Shown: positions 36,249-48,384 of the stretch, piece after piece
Layout of the letters: each line of letters opens with the position of its first letter
How positions within the stretch are numbered: the first letter of the stretch is position 1
Source: Lytechinus pictus
Taxonomy: Eukaryota
DNA length: 64,000 nucleotides
Assembly: GCF_037042905.1 (NCBI RefSeq)
Contig: NC_087250.1
Span: 17,610,001 to 17,674,000 of the forward strand
Reading direction: 5' to 3'
Translations under genes and position numbers: made by a program
Notes under the pieces: model-generated
Seen by the model: only the letters and a program-made list of their open reading frames with translations
Told to the model about the DNA's origin: nothing
The model's database searches: none

Positions 36249-39200
36249 GGGGGTGTTTCATCAATATTTTCGTCCGACAACTGTCAGCGCTGACTAAAAT
36301 TGTCAGCGCTGACAATTTAGTCAGCGCTGACAAAAATTCGTTTCATCAAACTCTCGGAGCTTCTCTGACTATTGTCAGAGAATTTTTATTTTACAAATCG
36401 TCTTGAACGAGGTTCGCTGACTAATTAGGCCACGCCCACTCACAAAGTCGTGAAAAAGATGTAAAATTGGTTGATGTTTTCGCCACGACGATTCGAAATG
36501 AAACGAAGACATGAGAAGAAGCGAAGGTCCTCGTAGAGGTGAATGAGGATTTTACCGTAAGTAAAACCCTTCAAAATGTCGTTCATATTGTATGTAAGGT
36601 GATTGAATTATTCGTTGTGCGTGATTATCAAATGAATTACAAGAAAAGAGGATCTTCTGGCAGGACCCCTGTCGATACGATCGGTGAACTTGACAGTACA
36701 AAATCCAGTCTAGTCCCATACCCGTGTTTCTGTGTCTGTAGAACTATCTCAGGTCCAAACTAACGACACGGCTCACGGCTGTCACGTTTTTATGATCCGC
36801 ACATGGCTGCAATTTTATAAATTTTGCAAAGAGAATTCTTTATATTGTTCTACCTTTATGTCATTCTATGTTGCAAATCATATTTTTTCATTTCCTTTGG
36901 TTTTGTAATAATTTTGTTGCTCGGTGTGGTCGGAGATTATCATTGATCACCAGGCAAACCAGCGTGTGCAATTGTAAATGTACACATATCCAATGGGGCC
37001 ATCCTAATTCTGTGTCACAGAAATTGGAATTGAACAGGAGCTAAATCACATGGTAATAGTGTGAGTGGTAAATTTGTAAAGTGGATGTTCTCAACTATTA
37101 ATGTAGGCTTAGCCTTAGCAAGTCACAAGTCGAATGAAGTGAAGGCTCTCGACAGCTGGCGAGGATTCGGGGGGGGGGGGGTGATGCGATTGTGGCAGAG
37201 GTGCGTTCACACCCAATAAAAATTAAAATCTAGATATAAAAAAATTATTAGATCTAACTAAGTTTTAAATAGTGCAACCGGCCCGTGGCCGTACTGGTAT
37301 AGCTTATAGATCTAGATCTATCTTAAATTATCTTTGACTTTGCGCACCCAAGTGAAATGATCGAGCCATTGCATAGCTCCCTTTTAAAAAAAAGATTGAT
37401 CGTCCAATTTGGGGGAGAGGAAATAATGCTCTTCATTTGTGTGCGATTATGAAGTTTGTTTTGCTTTTATTTTTCTAAGTCAATTTTTTAGACAAATTAC
37501 TATTTAGCATGAATCTGCAATAGCATCGGTGTTATTGGGGTAAATAAATTAAATTATTGTTGATAATGTCTCTTAATCTATTTTTTGAAAAATACTGTTG
37601 TACCACATAAAGTTAGAGTCTAGTCATACCTAACCTTAAATAGCATGTAAAGGTTAAAGGTCTCTTCATTAGAAAAAAATATAGGAGAATATGGAATGGA
37701 TCTCATCAATCCCAAGTATTTTTCTGCCTTGAATCTCATATTAAAGTTCCATTGAACAAAGGTCACAGTCCAGAAATAGTTGACAGTTTGATGGGGATGC
37801 AATTTGCTGCAGTTACGAATTAGGAGCCTATTCATATTTTTTATTAATTTGATCGTGGCTTTTAACCGGCAAGGTATCCAAGCGCTATTGAGTTAGAAAA
37901 AAACTTTTATTTTTATTTTTGAATTAAAAAAAAAAATTATTGAAAAAGCTGTTTTACTATTTTGTATAGTTAATGTGTTAATTACCGTCTTGTTTATAAT
38001 CAAGTGAAAATTATATGAATTAACAAGGATAAATTGTTGACCGATTGTTGGTAAATTCTATAAATTTCAGGATAATAAAAGAAGAAAAATGATTGGTATA
38101 TTCGATCATTCCCCTTTATGAAATGTCAACAATATTCATTGAAAGTGCAGTATTTTTCAATGATCACTGTAAATCTACATATTTTCTTTGCTACATGTAT
38201 AACAATGTGATATTATTAATATTTTAATTTCAGACTATGGACAGTTGAACAGTATGCAGAAGAAGACGGATCTGGAACTAGAAAGCAAGGCTCTGACTGG
38301 TCTACTACAGCAAGGAATGTGCCAGCGGCCAATCTGATGAACATGTGACAGAAGATTTGGCAATGGGTGAAGAAATACTGAGATTGAAATGCAACCACAG
38401 GTAACATGTAGACTAGTAAAATGCGATAATGATTAAAAAATAATGAAGGATATTGTTTTGGTTGCAGAATGTAAAATCATAAAAACCCACATCAATGACA
38501 ATGAAATCGGACTGTGACCAGATTTTCTATTTAAAGTCAGTTTGAAATGCAAACATTACATAAGCATGAAAGACATAATAGATTCAATATATTTTGCATG
38601 TTAGCTGCAGGGTCAGCAGAACGGTTTTGAAAGTGAGGGGGCTGAGCCGAAAGTGGGGGGGGGGGGGGCTGACCAATGCAAAAAAGCACAAGCAGATGGT
38701 CAATTTTACATTTTTGTACATGGTTTTGGAAAACAGTGCGGGGGCTGAAGAATATGAAATGACCATCTGGTTACGATTTTTTGCATGGTCAGCCCGTTCA
38801 CTGTAAAAACCGTTCCGCTGACCCTGCAGCTAACATGCACCCCCCCCCCCCCCGCCGGTTTCCGGAGCCCCTGCTCTCACCCCTCAATCCATTTAGCACT
38901 ACTTGCTCATGTGTATGTACATACAAGCTACATTGTGAGGAATAATTTCACTTTTTAAGTTTCTCAGCCAGAGCATATGTCATTTACTATTGTTTGTATT
39001 TTTTATTAACATAATAAAAACTTGAACCCTTTATTTACCCCCTTCTATATGAAACCTGGTAATCAAAAGATGTTTTATTTCCTGTTTTTAGACATGTACA
39101 TATACATGTGAGAAGAAATACCAGATTATGGCAAATATTTTAATTAGTTATTTCAATACTATTTTTCCTTCAGGTGGAGGCTTCAACCAAACTTTTCAGA

Positions 39201-41326
39201 CAGACATGAGATACAAAGTTACACAAGTATAAATGGTTGAAGGTTTAGGAGAGCCAGACAAGAAGGCAGGAAATGTGATGTCACTTGTAAGTTAAAACAC
39301 ACTTATTTATGACTGCCTCACTTTGGCGAAGAAAGTAAAGTCACATTAAAAAAAATATTAAATTACTGGTACTGCTCTCTTCTTTATTTGGTCTACTCAA
39401 ATATTTGAAAACAATGACATCTATAAGTGCTTAGATGCTTAATGGATTAATGGTGATATTTATTGGACAGTTGTAAAACAACCAATATCAATCAATGCTA
39501 GATGGTGTGACTTGCTTTCTATTGCCAAAGTAGTAAATGAATGTTCCATTGTTCTGCATTCCTATTAGACCCCCCCCCCCCCCCCCCCGCCCCATCACCA
39601 TCTGCTTTGTATGGGAGTAACACTGGAAGATTACCCCCCCCCCCAAAAAAAAAAAAAAAAAAAAAAAAAAATTATATCTCTTGTAGGCCTGTATAAATGT
39701 AATGCCTACAAAAGCAGTCATGAAACCTCATTAATTCAAATGATCTTGGTAGGGGGGGGGGTGCCTCAGGATCTTGCCTGTTGATTGTGCACTCGCTTCA
39801 GAAATCATGCTGCTGTTCCTGATGGTTTTTTTTAATATTTAATATGATAACATGACTCTTGCATGAAATCAGCATTTGGCTCAAGAAATAAAGACCAAAT
39901 GTGATAATTTTGGATTTTGACTCCCTTTCTTTGGTAAACCAATGAGAAAAACCCAAGTCATTAAAATCAATTGTGTATAAAAAAAGAGGAAATTTTAATC
40001 ATTTTCTTATGCATTTCTTTGTTATTAACTTTTTTGTTTTCATTGTTTAATAAGGCTTTGGTGACAATATTTTAACCATTTAGAACTTAAAGTTCTTATT
40101 TCAAACATTAGAAATAAAAAAATGTAAGTTTTAACAATGATAATTAAATTAAGAATAAATGACTGATATCAATAATGATGGAAATTGATATCTTTATTAA
40201 TAAAATATCACATGCTCTATAAATTAAATCCATTTCAGTTACTTCAATGAACATGGACAGCAGCAGGAGCAACAACAGCATCAGCAGCTGAAACTACAAC
40301 TGCAGTAATAGATGCAACAACCACACCGACAACATCAACAGCAGCAGGAGCTCCAACAACCATGCAGAGAACATCGGGCGCAACATAAATAACTTCATCA
40401 AGAGATGCAACAACCACAGTGGTAAACATCAACAGCAGTAGCAACAACGACAGTAGAAACAAAGCCAACAGCAAGGATTCTAACAAGCAATCATACAAGC
40501 AACAACACAAGCGACAACATCAATAGATGCATCAGGAGATGCAACAGCCACACTCGTAAACAGCAGCAGTAGCAGCGATGACAACAGCAACCACACAGGC
40601 AACACCTTGAGCAACATCAGTAGCAAAAATAACTAATTGCACCAGGAGATGCAACAACCACACCCACAACACCAAGAGCAGCAAAAACAAACAGCAATTC
40701 CAGCAATCACGATGACAACAGCAGCAGCAACACCAACAACACTAATGAACATTGAAAAAACTTGTACAAAAGTCAATGAGGTCGCATTTTTCAGACATTA
40801 TCAGACATTATTGATTAAAAAATGCACAATGATTTATTTGGGTTAAAGAAAATTATGTTTGAAAAAATGTGTACATTTGAAGATGTTTCCTATGTATTGA
40901 TTGATATAATATAGTTTTAAAGATGAAAATATTATTCTTGAAATGTCTACTTTTTATTTGTCATTGACTAAAAGTAAATACATTTTCTTTGAATTTTCTC
41001 AATGAAATGAAAAATAAGCAATTTATTAAAATGTTATATTCAAAATCAACTGAAATTGATCGATTTTAGCTGCAAAGGCCCTCAAAAGGCTGATTAGTCG
41101 GTGAAAATTGGATTAGTCGGTGAAAATAAGTTTTGTCGGTAGGTGAAGGCCACCGACCAAATTAGTCGGTGGTTTCCAATAATTTGTCGGAGAAAATCAC
41201 CGACAAATTTTCATGAAATGGAATTTAGTCGGTGATGGCAAAATTGTCGGTGAAAATGAAATTAGTCGGTGAAAATCACATTTAGTCGGAGAAAACCACC
41301 GACTAATTGTTTGATGAAACGCCCCC
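36249..41326. mobile_element. 5.1-kb PIF/Harbinger-type non-autonomous element in RPS11 intron 2
   Basis: TIR GGGGGTGTTTCATCAA / TTGATGAAACGCCCCC; TSD CTG (36246-36248, 41327-41329); subterminal arrays GTCAGCGCTGAC and TTAGTCGGTGAAAA. Confidence 0.8.
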
Positions 41327-41384
41327 CTGATTTATGATAAGGTTGGGTTTACCTATTGGTGTCAATTTGAGGATTGTTACAACG

Positions 41385-41477
41385 TAGATTGCATCAGTGA
41401 AGTGCTTTAAAGCAATGTCAGCATCCCTACTTGGAGGGAATATGAAGACCATCGTGAGAAACATCATGTGCAATCTA
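41385..41477 (-). ncRNA. SNORD35: Box C/D snoRNA U35-like, RPS11 intron 2
   Basis: Near-identical to 35495-35582; 9-bp terminal stem TAGATTGCA/TGCAATCTA. Confidence 0.88.
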
Positions 41478-41583
41478 ACACTTCCAAGTGACACTCTATT
41501 ATCTTTGGGACATTTCATTTTCAAGAGGGGGGTGGGGGAGGCACTAACTGGTGTGATCACCTGTTAAACAAATATTTCATTAA

Positions 41584-42133
41584 AGAACAAGTCCACCCCG
41601 AAAAATAATTGATTTGAATAAAAAGAGAAAAATCCAACAAGCATAACACTGAAAATTTCATCAAAATCGGATGTAAAATAAGTTATGATATTTTAAAATT
41701 TCGTTTAATTTAACAAAACAGTTATATGCACATCCTGGCTGGTATGCAAATGAGGAGACTGATGACATCATCCACTCACTATTTCTTTTGTATTTTATTA
41801 TATGAGATATAAATATTCTAATTTTCTCCTCATTGTCAAGTGAAACCGTAATTAATTCCTCCCTGAACATGTGGAATTAGCCTTGTTTAATACTATATGG
41901 TTCAGTCAGGTCAGTTCCTATGGTCAAATCTGTAAAAATATTGTATAATTCAAACAATAAAAAACAAAAGAAATAGTGAGTGATGGATATCATCATTGTG
42001 AAAAATAAGCGAAACTTTAAATTGCCATAACTTTCTTATTTTACATCCGATTTTGATGAAATTTTCAGTGTTATGTGAGTTTGATTTTTCTCTACTTATT
42101 CAAATCAACATTTTGCTGGGGTGGACTTGACCT
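41584..42133. mobile_element. Kolobok-like MITE family A
   Basis: TTAA-flanked; same TIR as 22324-22914. Confidence 0.82.
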
Positions 42134-42325
42134 TTAAGTTCATCAGATACTTGGTACTACATGAGGGGGGGGGGGGGGAATCCCCTTAAAGAAAATATTT
42201 AAGAGATAAAGATGACCCTAGTGCAGCTCTCCACATATCTTACCCTAACATGTCATCCATAGTACCCCCCCATGAGTGAACCTTGCTTAGCCCCTGCCCC
42301 TGAAGAGAGTGTGTTGATGACATAC

Positions 42326-42448
42326 CTCAGATGGAGTCTTGAACCCTAGACCAACATTGCGGACGAGTCTGTTGGCCTTCTTGTTGGAGGCCAATAGCCG
42401 CTTGTTGTTCTGGAACACGGTGGGTTGTTTCTGGTACGCCCTCTCCGT
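42326..42448 (-). CDS. RPS11: RPS11 exon 2
   Basis: [30 protein letters not shown]; ag/gt borders. Confidence 0.97.
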
Positions 42449-43139
42449 CTAAACAAAAGAAAATTGACATTTTAACCGTCATCATTTCTCCAACAGAAAA
42501 TTGTAAAAGCCATTTTAAATTAACAACCTTGAAACCTTCAAAATGGAAAGACCTATGTCCTTACCAGCAACTGTGCGAGTGTGACATTTTGTGAAAGTTG
42601 GCACAAATGGCACTATATATCATGCCCACTGTTAAACTTTTATCATCACCATCACTACCATCACCACCGTCATTATCATCATTTTGCTCTGGATTTTCCT
42701 AAAATGAATGCATTAAATAGCAAGGATATTTATGAATATTGGTACTTTGTAATATTGTCTGATATTACTTTCAATCAATTAATGAAATATCAAACACGAA
42801 ATATTCCTTAAATTGTCCTCTTGCCTGGACAAACAACCTGTCTGGAAATATGAAAACCAGGGATATGACTTTCTTTTGCCAAAAAAGATAATTCTCTTTT
42901 ATTTTCTCTCCTTTCATTTTGTGGACGCGATCCAATTTCAATTTCCTTTAAGATAGCCAATTCCAGCATTTGTATTCTAAATTGCCTCTTTTTTTAATAT
43001 CTAAGAGTAAGAAATGGCAACATTCATGAACAAATTTCAACAGTTTTAATAATGCATTTCTATAATATCTTTTTTTTTAAATTTGTTCTTTGATATCCTA
43101 TCAATGTAACAAAAAAACACAGTATAAAGCTTAAAATTA

Positions 43140-43197
43140 GATTCAGCAGACACTTGACAGGGTCTGTAGACCATCATGAGATAACATCAATATAATC
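43140..43197 (-). ncRNA. SNORD35: Divergent compact U35-like snoRNA, RPS11 intron 1
   Basis: TTGATG (C), guide TCTCATGATGGTCT, D' CAGA, D CTGA, GATT/AATC stem. Confidence 0.65.
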
Positions 43198-43427
43198 ATC
43201 GCCCATTGTCAATAAAGCCATTCGTGAAAGTATTTGAATTATTCTTGTGTTTTGCATCGAGTATCGAACATTTGTCTCATTCAAGCCCCCAAGTTTTGCC
43301 AAATTCCATCAAAACGTCTGTTGCTGTTTCAGTTCATTCATAATTGTCATTACCATAATACACATTGTAAAACTGGAATTATATCCAATATATACAAATT
43401 GTATTCTAAATTACCTCTTTTCTTATA

Positions 43428-44005
43428 AGGAGAATGAAACTCTAGGAGCAAGTTAGCTTTTGTGAAAGCAGAAAAATCAAAGAATAAGATCAACAAAAGT
43501 TTGAGTAAAATAGGACTAGCAATTAATAGAAGAGTTATGAGCATTTGAATGTCGAGATCACTAATGCTATGGAGATCCTCCCATTGGCAATGCGACCAAG
43601 ATCTATGATGTCACAGATGAACAACTCTCCCCTTTTGGACACTGAAAATATAGGAACATCTCTTTTTGCTCATTCTAATCATATGACAAAACGATTCATC
43701 AATGATATAATGTTGTGAAACCTCTGTACTTGTCCTCTCATAAAGAGAACACCTCACCTTGTGATCTAGACTCTATAAAAGTGAGAATATAAGTGAAATA
43801 AGTACTAAAGTAATGAGGGAGTTGTACGTGTGTGACATCACAGATCTTGGTCGCATTGCCAATAGGAGGATCTACATGCCATTAGTGATCTCAATATTAA
43901 AATGCTCATAACTTTCTTATTATTCATTTAATCTTCCTCAAACTTTCAACAATATGTTTCTTTGATTTTTCTCTTTGATATGGATTCAGCTGGTTTCATT
44001 CTCCT
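43428..44005. mobile_element. Kolobok-like MITE family B
   Basis: AGGAGAATGAAAC..GTTTCATTCTCCT|TTAA; similar to 29247-29824. Confidence 0.75.
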
Positions 44006-44607
44006 TTAATATCAGGGTGGTCTTTTCCTTCCTTGATACCTTGAACATATGTTAAGTCAAGACAAGACTCGTGCATTCTCAACTTTTTTGTGAAATACAG
44101 TCTCAGATGGTTTTATTTCCAGGATTTTGCTGAATTTCACCATTTTCCTTTGTAAGTTCGATTATGATCACACATTCAGATTTTCAATCGAACCCTCTAT
44201 TTATTCACTCAAACACTGCAATGCACAATACCCTAACATTTTGTCCATAGCTCTCAAGTCTCATTCACTTCCACTCTGCACACTCACTGCCAGAGAGGTT
44301 GTGTGTGCCTGCCCTGCCGGCTGCCCGCCCCAGGAATAAGCAATGTACGCTCCGCTCGCTCACACATGCACACCATACACGAACATGCCGTTTTCCACAC
44401 GGACGTGGTCGTGGGTTTCCCTCACCGTTCTCGTCAAGAAGTTCCCACCCATTCTACCCCACTAAACTGGTATCATACTAACTCTATCTTAATCGAATAT
44501 TATCTTTATGTCTTCTTTTATCATATTAACGATTTATTATATTATTGAGGCATGGAAAAATCACTAAATTTTACATTTATTCAAAGGATATTTTGTCACA
44601 CACGCAC

Positions 44608-44619
44608 CTGATCAGCCAT
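44608..44619 (-). CDS. RPS11: RPS11 exon 1 coding part (MADQ); spliced protein is 155 aa
   Basis: ATGGCTGATCAG|gtgcgt; joins exon 2 in phase 0. Confidence 0.92.
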
Positions 44620-44642
44620 GTTGAAAGGCAAAAGAAAGCAGG
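44620..44642 (-). promoter_or_regulatory. Polypyrimidine (TCT/5'TOP) initiator of RPS11
   Basis: Minus strand CTGCTTTCTTTTGCCTTTC just before the ATG, typical of ribosomal protein genes. Confidence 0.7.
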
Positions 44643-46899
44643 CAGGACTGTGTAAATTAGAACTGAGAGGGAGCTCTTTATTTCATATTTCTTTCGGGAT
44701 GATCCACCTCGAAGGGATGATGCTGAGAAAAAAGGGACCGAGAAGAGGGGAAAGGGGGTGGGGGAGGCATGGGTAAAAAAGGCATTTACCCCTCTCCCAT
44801 GCATTGCCCCAGGAATTGACGAAAATGGATAGTGTATAGTAATTTGTAAATAATATGCTGTATTAATCATCATTTTTCCACTGTTATAGTGCTTTAATTC
44901 AAGTTCAAAACCTTAATCAGACACGGATCAGGCAATATGCACCCAATATGCCTGTGTCAGCTGCAAACGGGGTAAGGGATAGAAAAAGGCCTATATAGCT
45001 ATGATTGCCTACTGATGTAAATTTGCGATTTACTCATAAATGAGTTGCTTTACATCGTAAATAATGTTCTGACTTTATTTAGCTCCAGTGCTATCTGCCT
45101 TTGTGAAATGGGTGAAATACAAAGTCCCGTATGTACAAAGTGAAACACTGCGATAGGGATTTCCCCTTATTTATTTGCCACTCACTCATATGAAAAACAA
45201 AATAAGTATAGTGAATTTTTGTTTACCAAATTAAAGATGTAGGACTACTTCATGTTTGACTCTAAAAATATAGCGGATTTTTCTCTAACCATGATTAGTG
45301 TGGTTTTCTTCTGTAAGCGTGATTTAATTACCACTATGGGTATAGCAACCTACGTCAAAGTGACGCTAATCTATTTTTATGATTTTTATTGACCGTAAAA
45401 TAATCTGATCAGTGAATTGGCATGCGAAATTAACAATTTTTCTCTATTTGTAGCAGTAAAGGTGTTGGTTCAGGTATTCAAGTTTTGAGGACATTTGAGA
45501 ACTGCCAATATTAAAGGGAGGTCCGAGAAAAGCGAAGTCTATAAAGTGAAAAAAAAATGTGAGTTGCAAAAAAAAAGCTATTTTTTTTTATTTATCGTAG
45601 TAGCACTGGCTGACAGATGGGGGGGGGGGGGGGTGTCAAGGCTTTCGGGCCATATTGACCCCAAAAGTCTACCCCCCCCCCAAAAAAAAAAGAGGAGAAA
45701 TTCAGAGAAAGAAAATGAAAGGAAATTTTAAGATATCCTAAATATTATGTCAAAGTCAATCACAAATTTGATTTTTGTATAAAAACCAAAGTTTGCACGC
45801 TCTTTTTTTTTTGTTGCTTTTCTTCTTCAATTTTTACCCTACACGCAATGTCTGGCCCCTCATAATGTTTAGCTCATTACGTCACTGCGTAGAGATATTG
45901 ATTGCTGAATTGAGAGGCCAATGATGAAAATGTGATGAACTAAAATATATTTTGGTTATGATTTCCAGGCAGTTCTAATTTTGTATTTGATCCTGGGATA
46001 AATAATGTAAACTTCTAAAATGACTTCAATCGCCAAAAACCGTACCTTGCCCCGATTAAAAAAAATTGTAGTTCTTTTTTTTTCTTCTATTTTCCCTTTT
46101 CTTCCCCTTTTCTCCGTTACCCCCCCCCTCCTCCTCCCTTCCATGTCCCTTCTATTTTTAAATGCAATTCCCAGGGGCCGCTGAACGGTTTTCGAAGTGG
46201 GGGGGGGGCTGACCATGCAAAAAAAAAATCACAATCATATGGTCATTCTTACGATTTTTTTGTACACGGGTGATGGGAAAAAGTGGGGGCTGAAGCCCCC
46301 AGCCCCCACCCCGCTTACGCGACCCCTGCATGATTCCATGCCTGTACACAGTCTTCCATTTCTTGTACTGCCGTACAATCTTTCCATCCTTCGTCTCGCC
46401 ATTATAACTGGCTTCTATATAACGGCAATGGGGGGGGGGGGGAGCATTATTGTAATATGTCTACATTACGACACTCATGACTGTAAACGAAAAGGCGAGA
46501 TTGGAAAAAGAGGAATCTTCACAAATGATAAAGAAGGTGGATAAAGTCGTTTTTTCCGGATATTTTCTTCTCATTTCCGAGATGTAATATCATGGCCAAC
46601 TGCTCCGTGCCTTTTCCGTATTTAAAACACGCTCCATGCTCGAATGGCGTGAGTATAATGTTGTCACCACTGCGGCAGAAAGATTGATAGATTTTAGCGA
46701 TGATTTTGTCAGAAAAGCAATTTACTGTGAATCAAGGGAGAAAAAAAGTGTGTTGATAAGATTATGCGAGGATGTTATGCGAATGTGATGATTAATGTGA
46801 TAGAATTACCATTTTCGCCCACCCGATTTGCCTTTAGTTAGTAGGCCTAACCTATCTTAATTTTTGTCTCTATCTCCTTTGTTCGCTTTTACTTTTCTC

Positions 46900-47832
46900 T
46901 TTGTTTTATGATTATTACTCATTATGATTATAGACGTCGTCATTGTGATAATTACCATGATCATTATCATTATTGCTATACCATAATTATCGTTATTATC
47001 ATTAGTATCGTCATCATCGTCCATGAGCATGCATAACAATAATTAGCATCATTATATCATGAGCATCATTAGCATAATATTAAAGTTAAAAAATATCATT
47101 TAGTGTCTATCATTATCATTATCACTCTTATTATCATCATCATTATAAGCTTTTTTATCATTATTATGATTATCATTAACACTGTCATCACTTTTATTGT
47201 GATCATCATTATAAGCTTTTATCATCACTATTATAATTAATCAATTATCATAACATTGGCACTATCATTAACATAATCATCATCATCATCATCATCACCA
47301 CCACCACCACCACCATCACGAAATTAACATATAGTTGTCAAAATTACCATTAAGGGATATCATTATTATTATCATCACTTTCATTATCATTATTATCACT
47401 ATCACCATAATAATTTCCATTATTATCATTATCATCATTAGTAACATTAGATGACCCCCATCATCATAGGTACTGTTATTATCATCATCATTATCATCAT
47501 CATCATAATCATCATCAATTTCAATATTATCATCATCATCACTTTCATTATTATCATTAAATCTTTATCATCTTCATCGTCATCATCATAATCATCATCA
47601 CTTTTAATATTATCATCATCATCATTACTTTCATTATTGTCATTATAATCATCATCTTCATCATCATCACCATCATCATCATCTTCATCATTATCATCAT
47701 CATCATCATCATCATCTTCATCATCATCATCAATATCATCATCAACATCGTCATCACCCTTCTCCTCCTCCTCATCATCATCACTTTTATCATTAACCTC
47801 ATCATCATTATAGCATCATCATCATTATTATC
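46900..47832. repeat. Degenerate (ATC/ATT)n microsatellite
   Basis: Long run of CAT/TAT triplets. Confidence 0.9.
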
Positions 47833-47851
47833 AGATGCCCCCACCTCCACT

Positions 47852-48040
47852 GGTGGGGGCATCTGGGCGTTGTGGGCGTGCGCCTGTAATCCAAGCTATG
47901 TGGGGAAGTTACAAATTGATGCAGAGATTCGAGGTTCGATCCCTGGTCACGTCTTTCGGATGGTGACGTTAAAGGTCGGTCCCAGACGTAAATAATCATA
48001 TCTGATTGATACACGTCTGACAAAACTCAAATACACACAT
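47852..48040 (+). mobile_element. SINE with 7SL (Alu-domain)-like head
   Basis: CTGGGCGTTGTGGGCGTGCGCCTGTAATCCAAGCTA at 47863-47898, B box GGTTCGATCCC at 47933-47943, (CA)n tail, candidate TSD CCACC(T/C)CCACT. Confidence 0.65.
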
Positions 48041-48331
48041 CCACCCCCACTCCACCCCCCCCCTTGTCAACACCACTGCATCTCCTCCAATCTTCATGAT
48101 CGATAGTGAAATACTATCGGTCATTTTGACACCCGGCTAATAAACGCCGAGAATCACTTTCGAGACAGAACGCGTCAATTATATCGGGGATGCGGTCACT
48201 TTTGTGTGAGGCTGGAAGGAAAGCGGATCTTCAATCATAATTAATATGAAATGAACAGGCCTATATCATTTAGATACCGGTTATAGCAGTATTTGATAAG
48301 AATCTGCGGAACGTAAGATCTCGATTGCCGT

Positions 48332-48384
48332 CAGTTACCGCTTATTTCACCTCTGCCGGAGACATCAATTATTATATCCGTTTG
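48332..48384 (+). other. Candidate non-coding first exon of the MSMB-like gene
   Basis: TCAGTT initiator-like motif near 48331 and strong donor TTG|GTAAGT; the ATG exon at 59797 has an acceptor that needs an upstream exon. Confidence 0.35.

Noticed and set aside
40244..40846. Stand-alone mucin or polyQ gene
   Set aside because: All frames are interrupted; treated only as possible decayed cargo of the Harbinger element
47557..47862. Met-rich ORF; also the Ile/Phe/Tyr-rich ORFs at 50155, 60588 and 61184
   Set aside because: Microsatellite translations
47863..47945. Functional 7SL gene or human Alu contamination
   Set aside because: Similarity ends after the Alu domain, with no S domain, dimer structure or poly(A); it is embedded in native sequence
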